Source of the DNA: Gemmatimonadota bacterium | GTDB taxonomy: Bacteria; Gemmatimonadota; Gemmatimonadetes; Gemmatimonadales; GWC2-71-9 | Assembly: GCA_041498155.1 (NCBI GenBank) | Contig: JBGQHV010000001.1 | Coordinates: 1 to 61,568, forward strand | Length of the DNA: 61,568 bases | Reading direction: 5' to 3' | Shown: positions 37,411 through 46,530 of the stretch, piece by piece | How the letters are laid out: the number at the start of each line of letters is the position of its first letter | Position numbering within the stretch: the stretch's first letter is position 1 | Notes under the pieces: model-generated | Database searches by the model: none | The model's input: only the letters and a program-made list of their open reading frames with translations | Told to the model about the DNA's origin: nothing | Made by a program: the position numbers and the translations under genes

Positions 37411-37468
37411 AGACTCCCCGGGAGGCGGGTTTATTCCCGGCGGAATAACCCCGCGGTGCGTGGAGTCT
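37411..37468. promoter_or_regulatory. Back-to-back ECF-type promoter pair (site 2)
   Basis: On the plus strand: GGAAT 37442-37446, 18-nt spacer, GTCT 37465-37468. On the minus strand: GGAAT 37437-37433, 18-nt spacer, GTCT 37414-37411. The core inverted repeat is GGGTTTATTCC-CGGC-GGAATAACCCC. Confidence 0.5.
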
Positions 37469-37519
37469 CCGGCATTGAACCACACTGCCGTCCCACTCTG
37501 CTCTGGAGGAAGATCACGT

Positions 37520-38638
37520 ATGCGCTCCGTACACGCTATGCCGTTCCGAACCGTCGGAAGGCTCCTGTTGGGGGCCTTGACGTTCGCCGGCACGCCCACC
37601 CACCGCACCCCGGGTACCCCGGCAGCGGTGAGTGCCAAGCTGTCCGAATGGAAGGTCGAGCTGTCGCAGGGCACCATCCCGGCGGGCAGCGTGACATTCA
37701 CCGTCACGAACGCCGGCAGCATCCCCCACGCCTTCGAAGTCGAGGGCCAGGGGATCGAGCAGGAAACCGACGTCATCCAGCCGGGATCCACCACCACGCT
37801 GCAGCTCACGCTCAAGCCCGGGACGTACGATGTGTACTGCCCGGTGGGGCAAGACTCCCACAAGCACCTGGGCATGGAAACCCATCTTCGGGTTAGCAGC
37901 GCCGAGGGCACGGGCGCCGCGAGCTACGACGCCGGGGCGGCGAGCGAGTCGCCGATGCATGAGATGAGCGCGCCGGCCGCGAGCATCCAGGCGATACGGG
38001 TGACGGGCGGGGGGCCCGTCATCCAGATCCTGCCCGGCCCCTTCCCCTTCCCCGACAGTGCCGCCCCGATTCTGCAGCAGTTCGGCGCCGAGCGGGAGGG
38101 GCTCGAGTCGCAGGTGAAGGACGGTCCCTACTCGAACAACGTGGCCCGGATCGGTGGGGCGTTCACGTTCACGGCCTGGGACAAGGGCTCCGTGCGTGAC
38201 TCCGTAGACGGCCGCGCCGCCTTCACGACCCAGGACGGGGCGCGCTGGAAGCTCCTGCTCGACCGCGTCCAGACGAAGGACGTCGTGCACCATCCCCGAT
38301 TCGGTGGAGTGATCATGGGCCTGTACTACCACGGAAACACCGCCGTGCACACGCCGCTCGTCCCGACGATCAACAGCGCCGTGGCGCTGTGGGCGGTCGG
38401 GCACCTCTACAAGAACGACACCCTCGTGACCGACAATGCGATGGTGCACGTGATGCTGCTGTCGCGCACGCGGCGGCAGGGCGACTTCGCGCTGGCCTGC
38501 TGGGATTGCTCCAAGAACAAGATCGACGAGCTGCAGCTCCAAATCCTGCCCGGCCCGGGCGAACCGAAGTTCGACGCGCCCGGCGGGTTCCTATTCGTCA
38601 ACTGGGAACAGTCCGGCTCGCAGAAGCCGGCGAACTAA
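37520..38638 (+). CDS. Secreted cupredoxin-like domain fused to a ~245-aa uncharacterised domain
   Basis: ATG 37520 (GGAGGA 9 nt upstream) with a signal peptide. The cupredoxin-like block is VTFTVTNAGSIPHAFEVEG ... GTYDVYCPVGQDSHKHLGMETHLRV. No family was recognised for the C-terminal domain. Confidence 0.75.
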   Translation: MRSVHAMPFRTVGRLLLGALTFAGTPTHRTPGTPAAVSAKLSEWKVELSQGTIPAGSVTFTVTNAGSIPHAFEVEGQGIEQETDVIQPGSTTTLQLTLKPGTYDVYCPVGQDSHKHLGMETHLRVSSAEGTGAASYDAGAASESPMHEMSAPAASIQAIRVTGGGPVIQILPGPFPFPDSAAPILQQFGAEREGLESQVKDGPYSNNVARIGGAFTFTAWDKGSVRDSVDGRAAFTTQDGARWKLLLDRVQTKDVVHHPRFGGVIMGLYYHGNTAVHTPLVPTINSAVALWAVGHLYKNDTLVTDNAMVHVMLLSRTRRQGDFALACWDCSKNKIDELQLQILPGPGEPKFDAPGGFLFVNWEQSGSQKPAN

Positions 38639-38642
38639 GGAG

Positions 38643-39068
38643 ATGACCCAAATGCATTTCCGCACAGTCATCATCGGTCTCATCGGGCTCGCGTCGCTCG
38701 CGGGCTGCAGCGGTTACACCGGGAGCGGCCCTTACGGGGGCGGTACCGGCGGCGGACAAGGTGGTGGTGGATACGGTGGCGGCCCTGTGGGAACGGTCAC
38801 GCTCGGCCCCAGCATCCAATTCGTGAGCAGCCACAACGGGAGCCAGAATCCAGCCGTGGACACGATCCCGGTCGGCGGCACCGTCACCTGGACCTGGACC
38901 GGCTCGGCGTCCCACAGCGTCGAGTCCGTAGGATCCTCGAGCTTCACAAGCAGCAGTATCAAGGCCGGCAGCGGGACGTATGCGGTTCAGTTCAGCACGC
39001 CGGGCACGTACCAGTACGACTGCGCCGTGCATGGCGCGGCGATGTCTGGCAGGATCGTCGTCCAGTAA
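38643..39068 (+). CDS. Small cupredoxin (plastocyanin/amicyanin-like) lipoprotein
   Basis: Lipobox LASLAGC, a Gly-rich linker, then GGTVTWTWTGSASHSVES ... GTYQYDCAVHGAAMSGRIVV (the H...C-x2-H-x3-M ligand pattern). It starts 4 nt after the previous stop. Confidence 0.8.
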   Translation: MTQMHFRTVIIGLIGLASLAGCSGYTGSGPYGGGTGGGQGGGGYGGGPVGTVTLGPSIQFVSSHNGSQNPAVDTIPVGGTVTWTWTGSASHSVESVGSSSFTSSSIKAGSGTYAVQFSTPGTYQYDCAVHGAAMSGRIVVQ

Positions 39069-39082
39069 TGCAAGTCGGTGGG

Positions 39083-39110
39083 CTCCCGCATCCTGAGTTG
39101 GATGCGGGGG
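39083..39110. terminator. Hairpin between convergent genes
   Basis: CTCCCGCATCC-TGAGTT-GGATGCGGGGG gives 9 perfect bp, extendable to 11 with one G-U pair. Confidence 0.5.
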
Positions 39111-39128
39111 CCGCGGCTTAACGGCCTC

Positions 39129-40244
39129 CTAGCGTGACGGGGAGGTTAGAAACGCCGCAATGTGCTCGTTCAAGAACTTCAAGTCCGCCGGATCGATCCC
39201 CGCCCCAGCGGGATGGCCCCAGAGCGACGGGATCGGCGTCAACGTGACATGCGGAATGAACCTCGCCTCGTAACGTGCATCAGAGACGGGAAAGTACAGG
39301 TCGGTCTCCGACGGCATGTAGAGCACCGGCACCTTGATCGATGCCAGGGCCCGCTCGATGTTGCCGCCAAAGCCGGGCGTGGTGCCGACGTCGTGCCGCT
39401 CCCAGGTGCGGGCCTGGAGGATGAGATCGTTGGCGTCGGCGCCCGGAATGAAATCCTTGCGTAGCCCCGATACAAAGGATTCGAACGTCGTCCCCGCTGG
39501 ACTGATCTGGCGCCACAGCTCCTGGCGCCACCACTCCTGCGAGAACAGCCAACCGGTCCAGATCAGGCCGAACAGCTCGACGCCCTGCTTCGGCTGAGCG
39601 GTGTAGTCCCCGCCCTTGAACGCCGTGTCGAGCTCGATCGCGGCGATCTGAGCCTCGAGCCGCACGATCCCGTGCGGCCAGCACCTGGCGGTGCCCGACG
39701 TCGCGACGATGCGATCGCTGAAGTCCGGGTAGCTCACGGCCCACTGAAACGCCTGCTCGGCCCCCATGGAGAACCCGATGATCGCCTGGAGATGGGTGAC
39801 CCCCAACTCACCGACCAGCAGGCGGTGCACCGCCTCCACGTTGTCCCGAATGGTGGCGACGGGAAACCGGGGCCCGTGAAACGGCTCGGGCGTGTTGCTC
39901 GGCGATGAGGAGTGTCCGTTGCCGAACAACTCCGTCGCCACGAGGAAGTACCGCGCGGTATCGAGCGCCAGCCCCGGTCCGATGAGCCAGTCGTACCCGT
40001 GATGGTCCGCCAGGTAGTGGGACGGCAGGAGGATGACGTTGTCGCGGTTCGCATTGAGGCGGCCGTACGTGCCGTACACCACCTTGATGTTCGGGATGGT
40101 CGCACCACTCTCGAACGTGAAGTGATCGAGGGTGAACACATGATGGGCGGCGTAGTCCGGCGGAGGAGGCGCCGGCTGCTGCGCCCCCGCGCGGGGGGCC
40201 ATCGCGAACATGCCCAAGGCCAACAAGGGGGCTCGGCATCGCAT
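39129..40244 (-). CDS. Secreted alpha/beta hydrolase (homoserine O-acetyltransferase-like fold family)
   Basis: 371 aa with a signal peptide (MRCRAPLLALGMFAMAPRAGA), the nucleophile elbow IIGFSMGAEQA, and C-terminal ...PSLWGHPAG. Confidence 0.8.
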   Translation of the reverse strand: MRCRAPLLALGMFAMAPRAGAQQPAPPPPDYAAHHVFTLDHFTFESGATIPNIKVVYGTYGRLNANRDNVILLPSHYLADHHGYDWLIGPGLALDTARYFLVATELFGNGHSSSPSNTPEPFHGPRFPVATIRDNVEAVHRLLVGELGVTHLQAIIGFSMGAEQAFQWAVSYPDFSDRIVATSGTARCWPHGIVRLEAQIAAIELDTAFKGGDYTAQPKQGVELFGLIWTGWLFSQEWWRQELWRQISPAGTTFESFVSGLRKDFIPGADANDLILQARTWERHDVGTTPGFGGNIERALASIKVPVLYMPSETDLYFPVSDARYEARFIPHVTLTPIPSLWGHPAGAGIDPADLKFLNEHIAAFLTSPSR

Positions 40245-40251
40245 CAGAGCA

Positions 40252-43200
40252 TTACTCCGGCTTGAGCATCTTGCGCACCGCCGTCAGCAGGTCGCTGACG
40301 GTCCACGGCTTCGACAGAAACGGCAGGTCTGCCGGAACCGGAGCGCTCTTCCGCACCTCATCCCCGGTGTACCCGCTGGTGAGCAGGAAGCGGACGCCCT
40401 GACGATCGCGGCTCACGGCCTCGAACAGCTCCAGACCACCCATCCGCGGCATGATGGCGTCCGAGATGATCAGATCGACGGCGTCCGCATTCGCGCGCCA
40501 CACGTGCAACCCCTCCTCACCGTCGGCGGCGGAGAGCACCTGATACCCGAACCGGGTCAACGCGCGGATCGCGGCGGTGCGGACCGATTCCTGGTCCTCC
40601 ACGACCAGAATCGTCTGATTCCCGTGTTGCACCGCGTGGTGAACCGGTGGCGTGGTATCCGGTACGGCCTCGGCCGTCACCGGAAAATAGAGTCGCACGG
40701 TGGTCCCCGCACCCGGCTTGCTCTCCACGAGCACGTACCCGAGGTGCTGTTTCATCAGGCCGTACACCATGGCCAGGCCCAGTCCCGTTCCCTGGTCCTG
40801 CGGCTTGGTGGAGAAGTACGGCTCGAAAATCCGCTCCAGCGTGCGGGCATCCATCCCGCAGCCGTTGTCCGACACACGCAGAATGACGTAGTGCCCTGGG
40901 GCGCCCCACTCCTGCGCCGCCATGAGCTCGTCGGCCGGAGTGGTCAGCTCCACGGCGAGCTGCAGACGCCCGCCGTCCGGCATCGCGTCGCGCGCGTTGG
41001 TGGCGAGGTTCAACACCATCTGCTGCACCGCACCGGCATCGGCCGCCACCGGGAGCAGGTGGCCCTCCTCGGTCACCACGACTTCGATCCGCTCGGACAG
41101 CATCCGTCGTAGCGTACTGGCGATCTCGCCCACCAGGGCTTCGAGCCGCAGGGGTTTGAGGACGAGCCGCTCGCGGCGGCTGAAGCCCAGGAGCTTGCGG
41201 ATCATGCCGGCGCCGCGATGCGCCGCGGCCTGCGCCTGCGTCAGGTCGCCGAGCAGGGGGGCGTCGGCGGGCAGCGTCGTGACGGCGAGGTCCACGTGCG
41301 CCATCACGGCGGTCAGCACGTTGTTGAGGTCGTGGGCGATTCCGCCCGCCAGCTGTCCTACGGCCTCCATCTTCTGCGCCTGCCGCAGCCGCTCCTCGAG
41401 GCTGCGGCGCGCGGTGACGTCCGCGGCGACGATCAGCGCGGCCGGCCGGCCGGCGAACGTGAAAGCGTGCGCCGCCACCTCGACCTCGATGGTCGTGCCG
41501 TCCTTCTTCTGATGGTGCCAGGTGCTGGTCCCCCGCCACCCGTCCCCCGCCGCGCGGATCCATTCGGGGAGGGCCGCCCCCTGCTCGGGCGGTTGCAGGT
41601 CGGTGAGGCGCATCGCAAAGAACTCATCGCGCGTGTAGCCGTAGTGGCGGGTCGCGGAGTCGTTCACGGCCAGAAAGGCCAAGGTCTCGCGGTCGCTCAC
41701 CCACACGGGTTGCGGGTTGGCGTCGAAGAGGTGCCGGTAGCGCTCCTCCGCGCGCCGCCGTTCCTCGACCTCCTGCCGGAGCTCAGCGGTCCGTTCCTCG
41801 ACGAGCGCGGCCAGATCCCTGGACCGCTGCTGGATCCGACGTACGCGCAGACGAAAGACACCCACCACCGATGCCGCGATGGCGAGCCCGAGGAGCGTGA
41901 AGAACCACCACGTCTCGTAGTAATGCAGCCCCAGGCGAAGCGGGAGGACCGCGCCCTGCTGGTTCCATAGCCCGTCGTTGTTGGCCGCGATGACGTGGAA
42001 TCGATACCGCCCGCCGGGCACGTGCGTGTAGTACGCCACCCGTCGCGTACCAGCCTCGACCCAATCGTCGTCGTAGCCTTCGAGCCGATAGCGGAACGTG
42101 ACGCGCTCGGGAATGAGCAGGCTGGTGGCGGTGTAGTGCAGCTCGAGCCCGCCGCCACTCGGCGGCACATCCACGGTCGCGCCAACATCGACGGCGCGCC
42201 CATCGACCAGGACCTGCTCGACATGAACGGGCGGCGGGAGCGGGTTACTCGAGAGGTGGGCCGGGTCGACGACCACCAGGCCTTTGATACTGGGAAACCA
42301 GAGCCGGCCATCGGGGCTCTTCCAGCCAGCGTTCTGCGACGCGCCGTTGAACTCGATGCGCCGCCGACCGTCGAGCGACACCACCTCCCGCACCGTGACG
42401 CTTCCCCGCCGACCCGCGACGGCGGCGAGCAGCTCCGGCTCGCTGGCGCTGACCAATCCCTGATTGGAGCTCAGCCACAGATTGCCGACGTTGTCCGCGA
42501 TGATCTCGAACATATCGGTCAGCAGCACGGTGGACTGGAGCGGAACCACGGCGATGCGCCCGTTCCGCACCAGGTTGAGACCTCGCTGCGTCCCCACCCA
42601 GAGCCCGTGGTCGTCGGCGTATAGCGACTCGACCACGTTGTTCGAGAGGCCCTCTTTCACACCGAAGCTCGTGAACTGACCATTCTGCAACCGGATCAGC
42701 CCGTGTCCGTGAGTACCGATCCAGAGACTTCCATCGCGATCTTCGACGATGGTGCGGACCGAGGTCGAAGACAGGCCCGCCTTCTGGGTGTAATCGTCGA
42801 GTTTGCCATCCTTCCAGCGATAGAGTCCACCACCGCCGATCCACAATGCGCCGGTGTGGTCCTCCAGGAAAGCGGCAACGCGCGCTCCCGGGAACGGCCC
42901 GTTGGTCCCCCCCCCCAGGCGCTCCCAGCGGCCGTGTCGCAAGCGGGCGATCCCCGCGCCGGTCGCCGCCCACAGCACACCATCCGACGTCTGCAGCGTG
43001 GCGAACACCGAATTGCTGGGCAAGCCGTCTTTGACGGTGTAGGTAGCGAAGTGACCACCCTGGAGGCGGTCGAGTCCACCGTCCTGGGTCCCGATCCACA
43101 GGGTCCCCTCCCGGTCTCCGTAGACGGACCACACCACGTTCGCCGAGAGCCCCTCGCGTTTCGTGTAGATGGGGAGAATCGGCTCGCGGAATCGATTCAG

Positions 43201-44166
43201 TCCACCGTGCCTGGTTCCGACCCAGAGGCTTCCCTCCCGATCCTCGAGCAACGCGGTGACGGCGTCATCGGACAATCCGTCCCTGGCGGCGAACTGCTGA
43301 AACCTGCCATCGACGAGTCGGGCCAGTCCGCCGCCGTCCGTGCCGATCCACACCTGGCCGACCCGGGTCTCGAGAATGGAGGTGACCCCGCCCTCCGGGA
43401 GACCGCCGGTGGTCGAGAAGCGCTCCAGTCGTCCCTGCGTGGCATGATAGAGCGCGTCCGGTGTGCCAAACCACAAGCCTCTCTCCCGGTCCCGGTACAA
43501 CGTCCACACTGGCCCCGATATCCGCCCACCCGACGGCTGCCACGGCACGAGCACGCCGTTGCGCCAGGTCTTGACGCCGTCCGCCGTTCCGACGAGCAGT
43601 GCCTCGCGATCGTCTTCCATCAGGCTGTAGACAGACGCATTCACGCCTGGAACCGGATGGAATGTTCCGTCCTGCAGACGCGACAGCCCGGTGGTCTGTC
43701 CGGCCCAGAGTGTGCCCCCGCGATCCTCGTAGAGGGCGTTCACGAACGAGCCCGATGCCCCCGTGACCGCTGCCGACTTGCCGGCGCTCAAGCGGATCAC
43801 CCCTCCCACCCAAGTCCCGGCCCACACATTGTCGGCGCGGTCCATCGCGAGGGCGCTTACGTAGTTGTCGGCGAGTCCCCTGGTGTTCGACGAGTTGTAG
43901 GTCGTGAAGGTGACGCCGTCGAACCGGACGAGTCCGGCCTCGGTGCCCAGCCAGAGGTAGGCATCGCGCCCCTGGGCGATCGCAAAGACACTGTTTTGCG
44001 GGAGGCCCTGATCGATCCCCCAGACGTCGTGGACGTACTGGCTGATGGGCTTGCGCGGATCGAGTCCGGAGGCCGGGGTCTGCGCCCCGAGGGCGGAGGC
44101 GAACCCAATGAGGAGCGCGCAGCTCAGACCAGCGGCGTGAGAGGTGACAGCGTGGCTCTGGTCCAT
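40252..44166 (-). CDS. Hybrid sensor histidine kinase with periplasmic two-component-regulator propeller repeats
   Basis: ATG 44166 is preferred over TTG 44205. Many Reg_prop-like repeats (..LWVGT..GL.R..) and a Y_Y_Y-like module precede the TM helix. After it come PAS, HisKA ([17 protein letters not shown]), HATPase (NLATNARDA, DNGCGM, GTGLGLAMVYGLM) and REC (ILVVEDQESVR..ISDAIMPRMGG). Confidence 0.9.
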   Translation of the reverse strand: MDQSHAVTSHAAGLSCALLIGFASALGAQTPASGLDPRKPISQYVHDVWGIDQGLPQNSVFAIAQGRDAYLWLGTEAGLVRFDGVTFTTYNSSNTRGLADNYVSALAMDRADNVWAGTWVGGVIRLSAGKSAAVTGASGSFVNALYEDRGGTLWAGQTTGLSRLQDGTFHPVPGVNASVYSLMEDDREALLVGTADGVKTWRNGVLVPWQPSGGRISGPVWTLYRDRERGLWFGTPDALYHATQGRLERFSTTGGLPEGGVTSILETRVGQVWIGTDGGGLARLVDGRFQQFAARDGLSDDAVTALLEDREGSLWVGTRHGGLNRFREPILPIYTKREGLSANVVWSVYGDREGTLWIGTQDGGLDRLQGGHFATYTVKDGLPSNSVFATLQTSDGVLWAATGAGIARLRHGRWERLGGGTNGPFPGARVAAFLEDHTGALWIGGGGLYRWKDGKLDDYTQKAGLSSTSVRTIVEDRDGSLWIGTHGHGLIRLQNGQFTSFGVKEGLSNNVVESLYADDHGLWVGTQRGLNLVRNGRIAVVPLQSTVLLTDMFEIIADNVGNLWLSSNQGLVSASEPELLAAVAGRRGSVTVREVVSLDGRRRIEFNGASQNAGWKSPDGRLWFPSIKGLVVVDPAHLSSNPLPPPVHVEQVLVDGRAVDVGATVDVPPSGGGLELHYTATSLLIPERVTFRYRLEGYDDDWVEAGTRRVAYYTHVPGGRYRFHVIAANNDGLWNQQGAVLPLRLGLHYYETWWFFTLLGLAIAASVVGVFRLRVRRIQQRSRDLAALVEERTAELRQEVEERRRAEERYRHLFDANPQPVWVSDRETLAFLAVNDSATRHYGYTRDEFFAMRLTDLQPPEQGAALPEWIRAAGDGWRGTSTWHHQKKDGTTIEVEVAAHAFTFAGRPAALIVAADVTARRSLEERLRQAQKMEAVGQLAGGIAHDLNNVLTAVMAHVDLAVTTLPADAPLLGDLTQAQAAAHRGAGMIRKLLGFSRRERLVLKPLRLEALVGEIASTLRRMLSERIEVVVTEEGHLLPVAADAGAVQQMVLNLATNARDAMPDGGRLQLAVELTTPADELMAAQEWGAPGHYVILRVSDNGCGMDARTLERIFEPYFSTKPQDQGTGLGLAMVYGLMKQHLGYVLVESKPGAGTTVRLYFPVTAEAVPDTTPPVHHAVQHGNQTILVVEDQESVRTAAIRALTRFGYQVLSAADGEEGLHVWRANADAVDLIISDAIMPRMGGLELFEAVSRDRQGVRFLLTSGYTGDEVRKSAPVPADLPFLSKPWTVSDLLTAVRKMLKPE

Positions 44167-44242
44167 CGCGTCGTCTAAGGTGGGACCTGCGGCGGCCACT
44201 GACAAGAAGACTTTCCCCTACAGGCGGTTATGCTTCCCGGCC

Positions 44243-45466
44243 ATGACCGATCCGTACGCCGCGCTCCGCGTCCCCGATTTCCGCCGTTTCATCGGGTTTC
44301 TCGCGACGCAGACTCTGGCGACGATGATGCAAGGGGTCGCCGTGGGGTGGCAGCTATACCAGGTCACCCGCGACCCGCTGGCGCTGGGGATCGTGGGCCT
44401 GGCCGAGGCGCTGCCGTTCATCGCGTTCGCCCTGCCGGCCGGACACCTGGCCGACCGGGTGGACCGGCGACGGCTGTCGCTGGCCGCGCTGCTGGTGCTC
44501 GCGGTCTGCAGCGTCACGCTGTTCGGGCTCACCGAGCTCGGCCTGGTGCGCGCCGACACCGCTTGGCTGGTCTACGCGGTGATTTTCGTCAGCGGCATCG
44601 CGCGCAGCTACCTGCAGCCGACCCGCACCGCGCTCTCCGCCGATCTGGTGCCGCGCGAGCTGTTCGCTAATTCCATCACCTGGCGCAGCGTCACCTGGCA
44701 GTCGGCGGCGGTGATGGGACCGGCCGTGGGGGGACTGCTGGTGGCCCTCGGCGGACCGACGCTCACCTACGGTATCACGGCGCTGTTACTCGGGACGGCC
44801 TGGGTGGCGCTGTTCCGTGTGGCGCCGCATCCGCATCCCGCGGACGCCCCGGGGGCCTCCGGACTGGCCGGCCTGCTGGACGGCGTGCGTTTCGTGCTCA
44901 AGCAGCCGGTGCTCCTGGGCGCCCAGCTGCTGGATCTGTTCTCGGTGCTGTTCGCGGGCGCCGAGGCGCTGCTGCCGCTGTTCGCGGCGGACATCCTGCA
45001 TGTCGGCGCCGCTGGGCTCGGCGTGCTGCGGGCCGCCCCGGCCGCCGGCTCGGTGCTGATGTCGTTGTATCAGTCGTACCGGCCGCTGCAGGGACGGATG
45101 GGCCGGATCCTGCTCACCTCCGTTGTCCTGTATGGCTTGTGCATCAGTGGGTTCGGGCTCTCCCGGAGTTTCCCGCTCTCGGTGGCCCTGCTGCTCGTCT
45201 CCGGCGTGTTCGACAACGTCAGCGTCGTGCTGCGCTCGACCCTGCTGCAAACGCTCACGCCCCGGCACCTGCTGGGCCGGGTGGCAGGAGTGAACGCGAT
45301 CTTCATCGGCTCCTCGAACGAGATCGGCGCGTTCGAATCGGGGCTCGCCGCGCGACTGATCGGCGCGGTGCCCGCGGTCCTGCTGGGCGGGTTCGTCCCG
45401 ATCGTTGTCGTGGCGCTGATCGCCTGGCGGGTGCCGGAGCTGCGCCGGCTGGAGCGGGTGGCCTAA
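44243..45466 (+). CDS. MFS transporter
   Basis: ATG 44243; 407 aa, about 12 TM helices. The N-terminus (FRRFIGFLATQTLATMMQGVAVGW) and the loop GHLADRVDRRRL are typical of MFS exporters. Confidence 0.85.
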   Translation: MTDPYAALRVPDFRRFIGFLATQTLATMMQGVAVGWQLYQVTRDPLALGIVGLAEALPFIAFALPAGHLADRVDRRRLSLAALLVLAVCSVTLFGLTELGLVRADTAWLVYAVIFVSGIARSYLQPTRTALSADLVPRELFANSITWRSVTWQSAAVMGPAVGGLLVALGGPTLTYGITALLLGTAWVALFRVAPHPHPADAPGASGLAGLLDGVRFVLKQPVLLGAQLLDLFSVLFAGAEALLPLFAADILHVGAAGLGVLRAAPAAGSVLMSLYQSYRPLQGRMGRILLTSVVLYGLCISGFGLSRSFPLSVALLLVSGVFDNVSVVLRSTLLQTLTPRHLLGRVAGVNAIFIGSSNEIGAFESGLAARLIGAVPAVLLGGFVPIVVVALIAWRVPELRRLERVA

Positions 45467-45495
45467 CGACGCACAAATCCTTTGGGAGGAAACAC

Positions 45496-46500
45496 ATGAG
45501 TGCAACGTGGCGTCTGTTGTCGCAGCGGAGCGTACTGGTGACCGCGGGGCTGTGGGCGATCGCGGTTCTGGTGGTGCTGGGGGTCGCGCACGGCAGCCTA
45601 CCCTTCATGCGCCCCGTGCTGGGGGGTCTCTCGTTCGCGGCTCAACTGCTCGTTCCCACCGTTGTGTTACTCGAGGTGCTGCTCCTGATGAGCGTCGTGT
45701 ACTGGCTGACCCGCCGGCGCGCGATCCCCGACCTGGCCGCTCGCGCGCCCGATCGCGCCACGGCGCGGCGCGAAGTCTCGCTCGTGGTCGTGTACGCCGT
45801 GCTGGGTCAGCTTGGTGGGTTTGTGATCGGCCGCGCGCTCGGATGGCATCCGTTCGGCTATCACCTCGCCGGCACGTTATATGGTCCGCCGCCGCATGAC
45901 CTCGCCACACCGGGGGAAACCTGCGCGTGGGCGATCTACAACTTCCTCGTGTACGCGGTCGTTCCGTATCTCTATTTCCGCCGACGCTATTCGGCGGAGG
46001 CGCTCAATCTGAAGTCGAGCAATCGCCGCAACGATGTGCTGGTGATTGTGGTTGTGTTGGCGCTGGAAGGGCTGTTCCAACTCTCTGGCTTGAGCCCGGC
46101 GATTCTGCACCTCGCGCCACGCCAACTGACGCTCGGTATCCCCTTGACCTTCGTGCTGTATTTCCTGGGGACGGTCTTGCCGACGATGGTGCTGATCTAC
46201 TCCATCCTCGTCCCGCGCTTCCTGCTTCTGACTGGCTCGAGCGCCACGACCGTGATCTTGGGGGGTGTCGCCTACACGCTCATGCACACCTTGGACGCCT
46301 GGCTCGTCTTTGCGAGCCCGTCCGACGCGCTCCTCTCGGTCGTGTTTCTGTTCTTCCAGTACTTCTCTCCCGGGATGATGAAGACCGTCCTGACGCTGCG
46401 GACCGGCAACGCGTGGGTGCACGTGTGGGCGTATCACGCCATCGCCCCGCATACGCTGATCGACACGCCGCTGATCGTGAAGGTATTCGGCATCAAATAA
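45496..46500 (+). CDS. Polytopic membrane protein, unknown function (weak CPBP/CAAX-protease-like motifs)
   Basis: ATG 45496 is preceded by GGGAGGA. 334 aa, about 8 TM helices. The His-containing helices YTLMHTLDAW and WVHVWAYHAIAPH are suggestive only. Confidence 0.6.
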   Translation: MSATWRLLSQRSVLVTAGLWAIAVLVVLGVAHGSLPFMRPVLGGLSFAAQLLVPTVVLLEVLLLMSVVYWLTRRRAIPDLAARAPDRATARREVSLVVVYAVLGQLGGFVIGRALGWHPFGYHLAGTLYGPPPHDLATPGETCAWAIYNFLVYAVVPYLYFRRRYSAEALNLKSSNRRNDVLVIVVVLALEGLFQLSGLSPAILHLAPRQLTLGIPLTFVLYFLGTVLPTMVLIYSILVPRFLLLTGSSATTVILGGVAYTLMHTLDAWLVFASPSDALLSVVFLFFQYFSPGMMKTVLTLRTGNAWVHVWAYHAIAPHTLIDTPLIVKVFGIK

Positions 46501-46530
46501 CACCCGAGTACTTCGGTGAGATCGCGGGCG

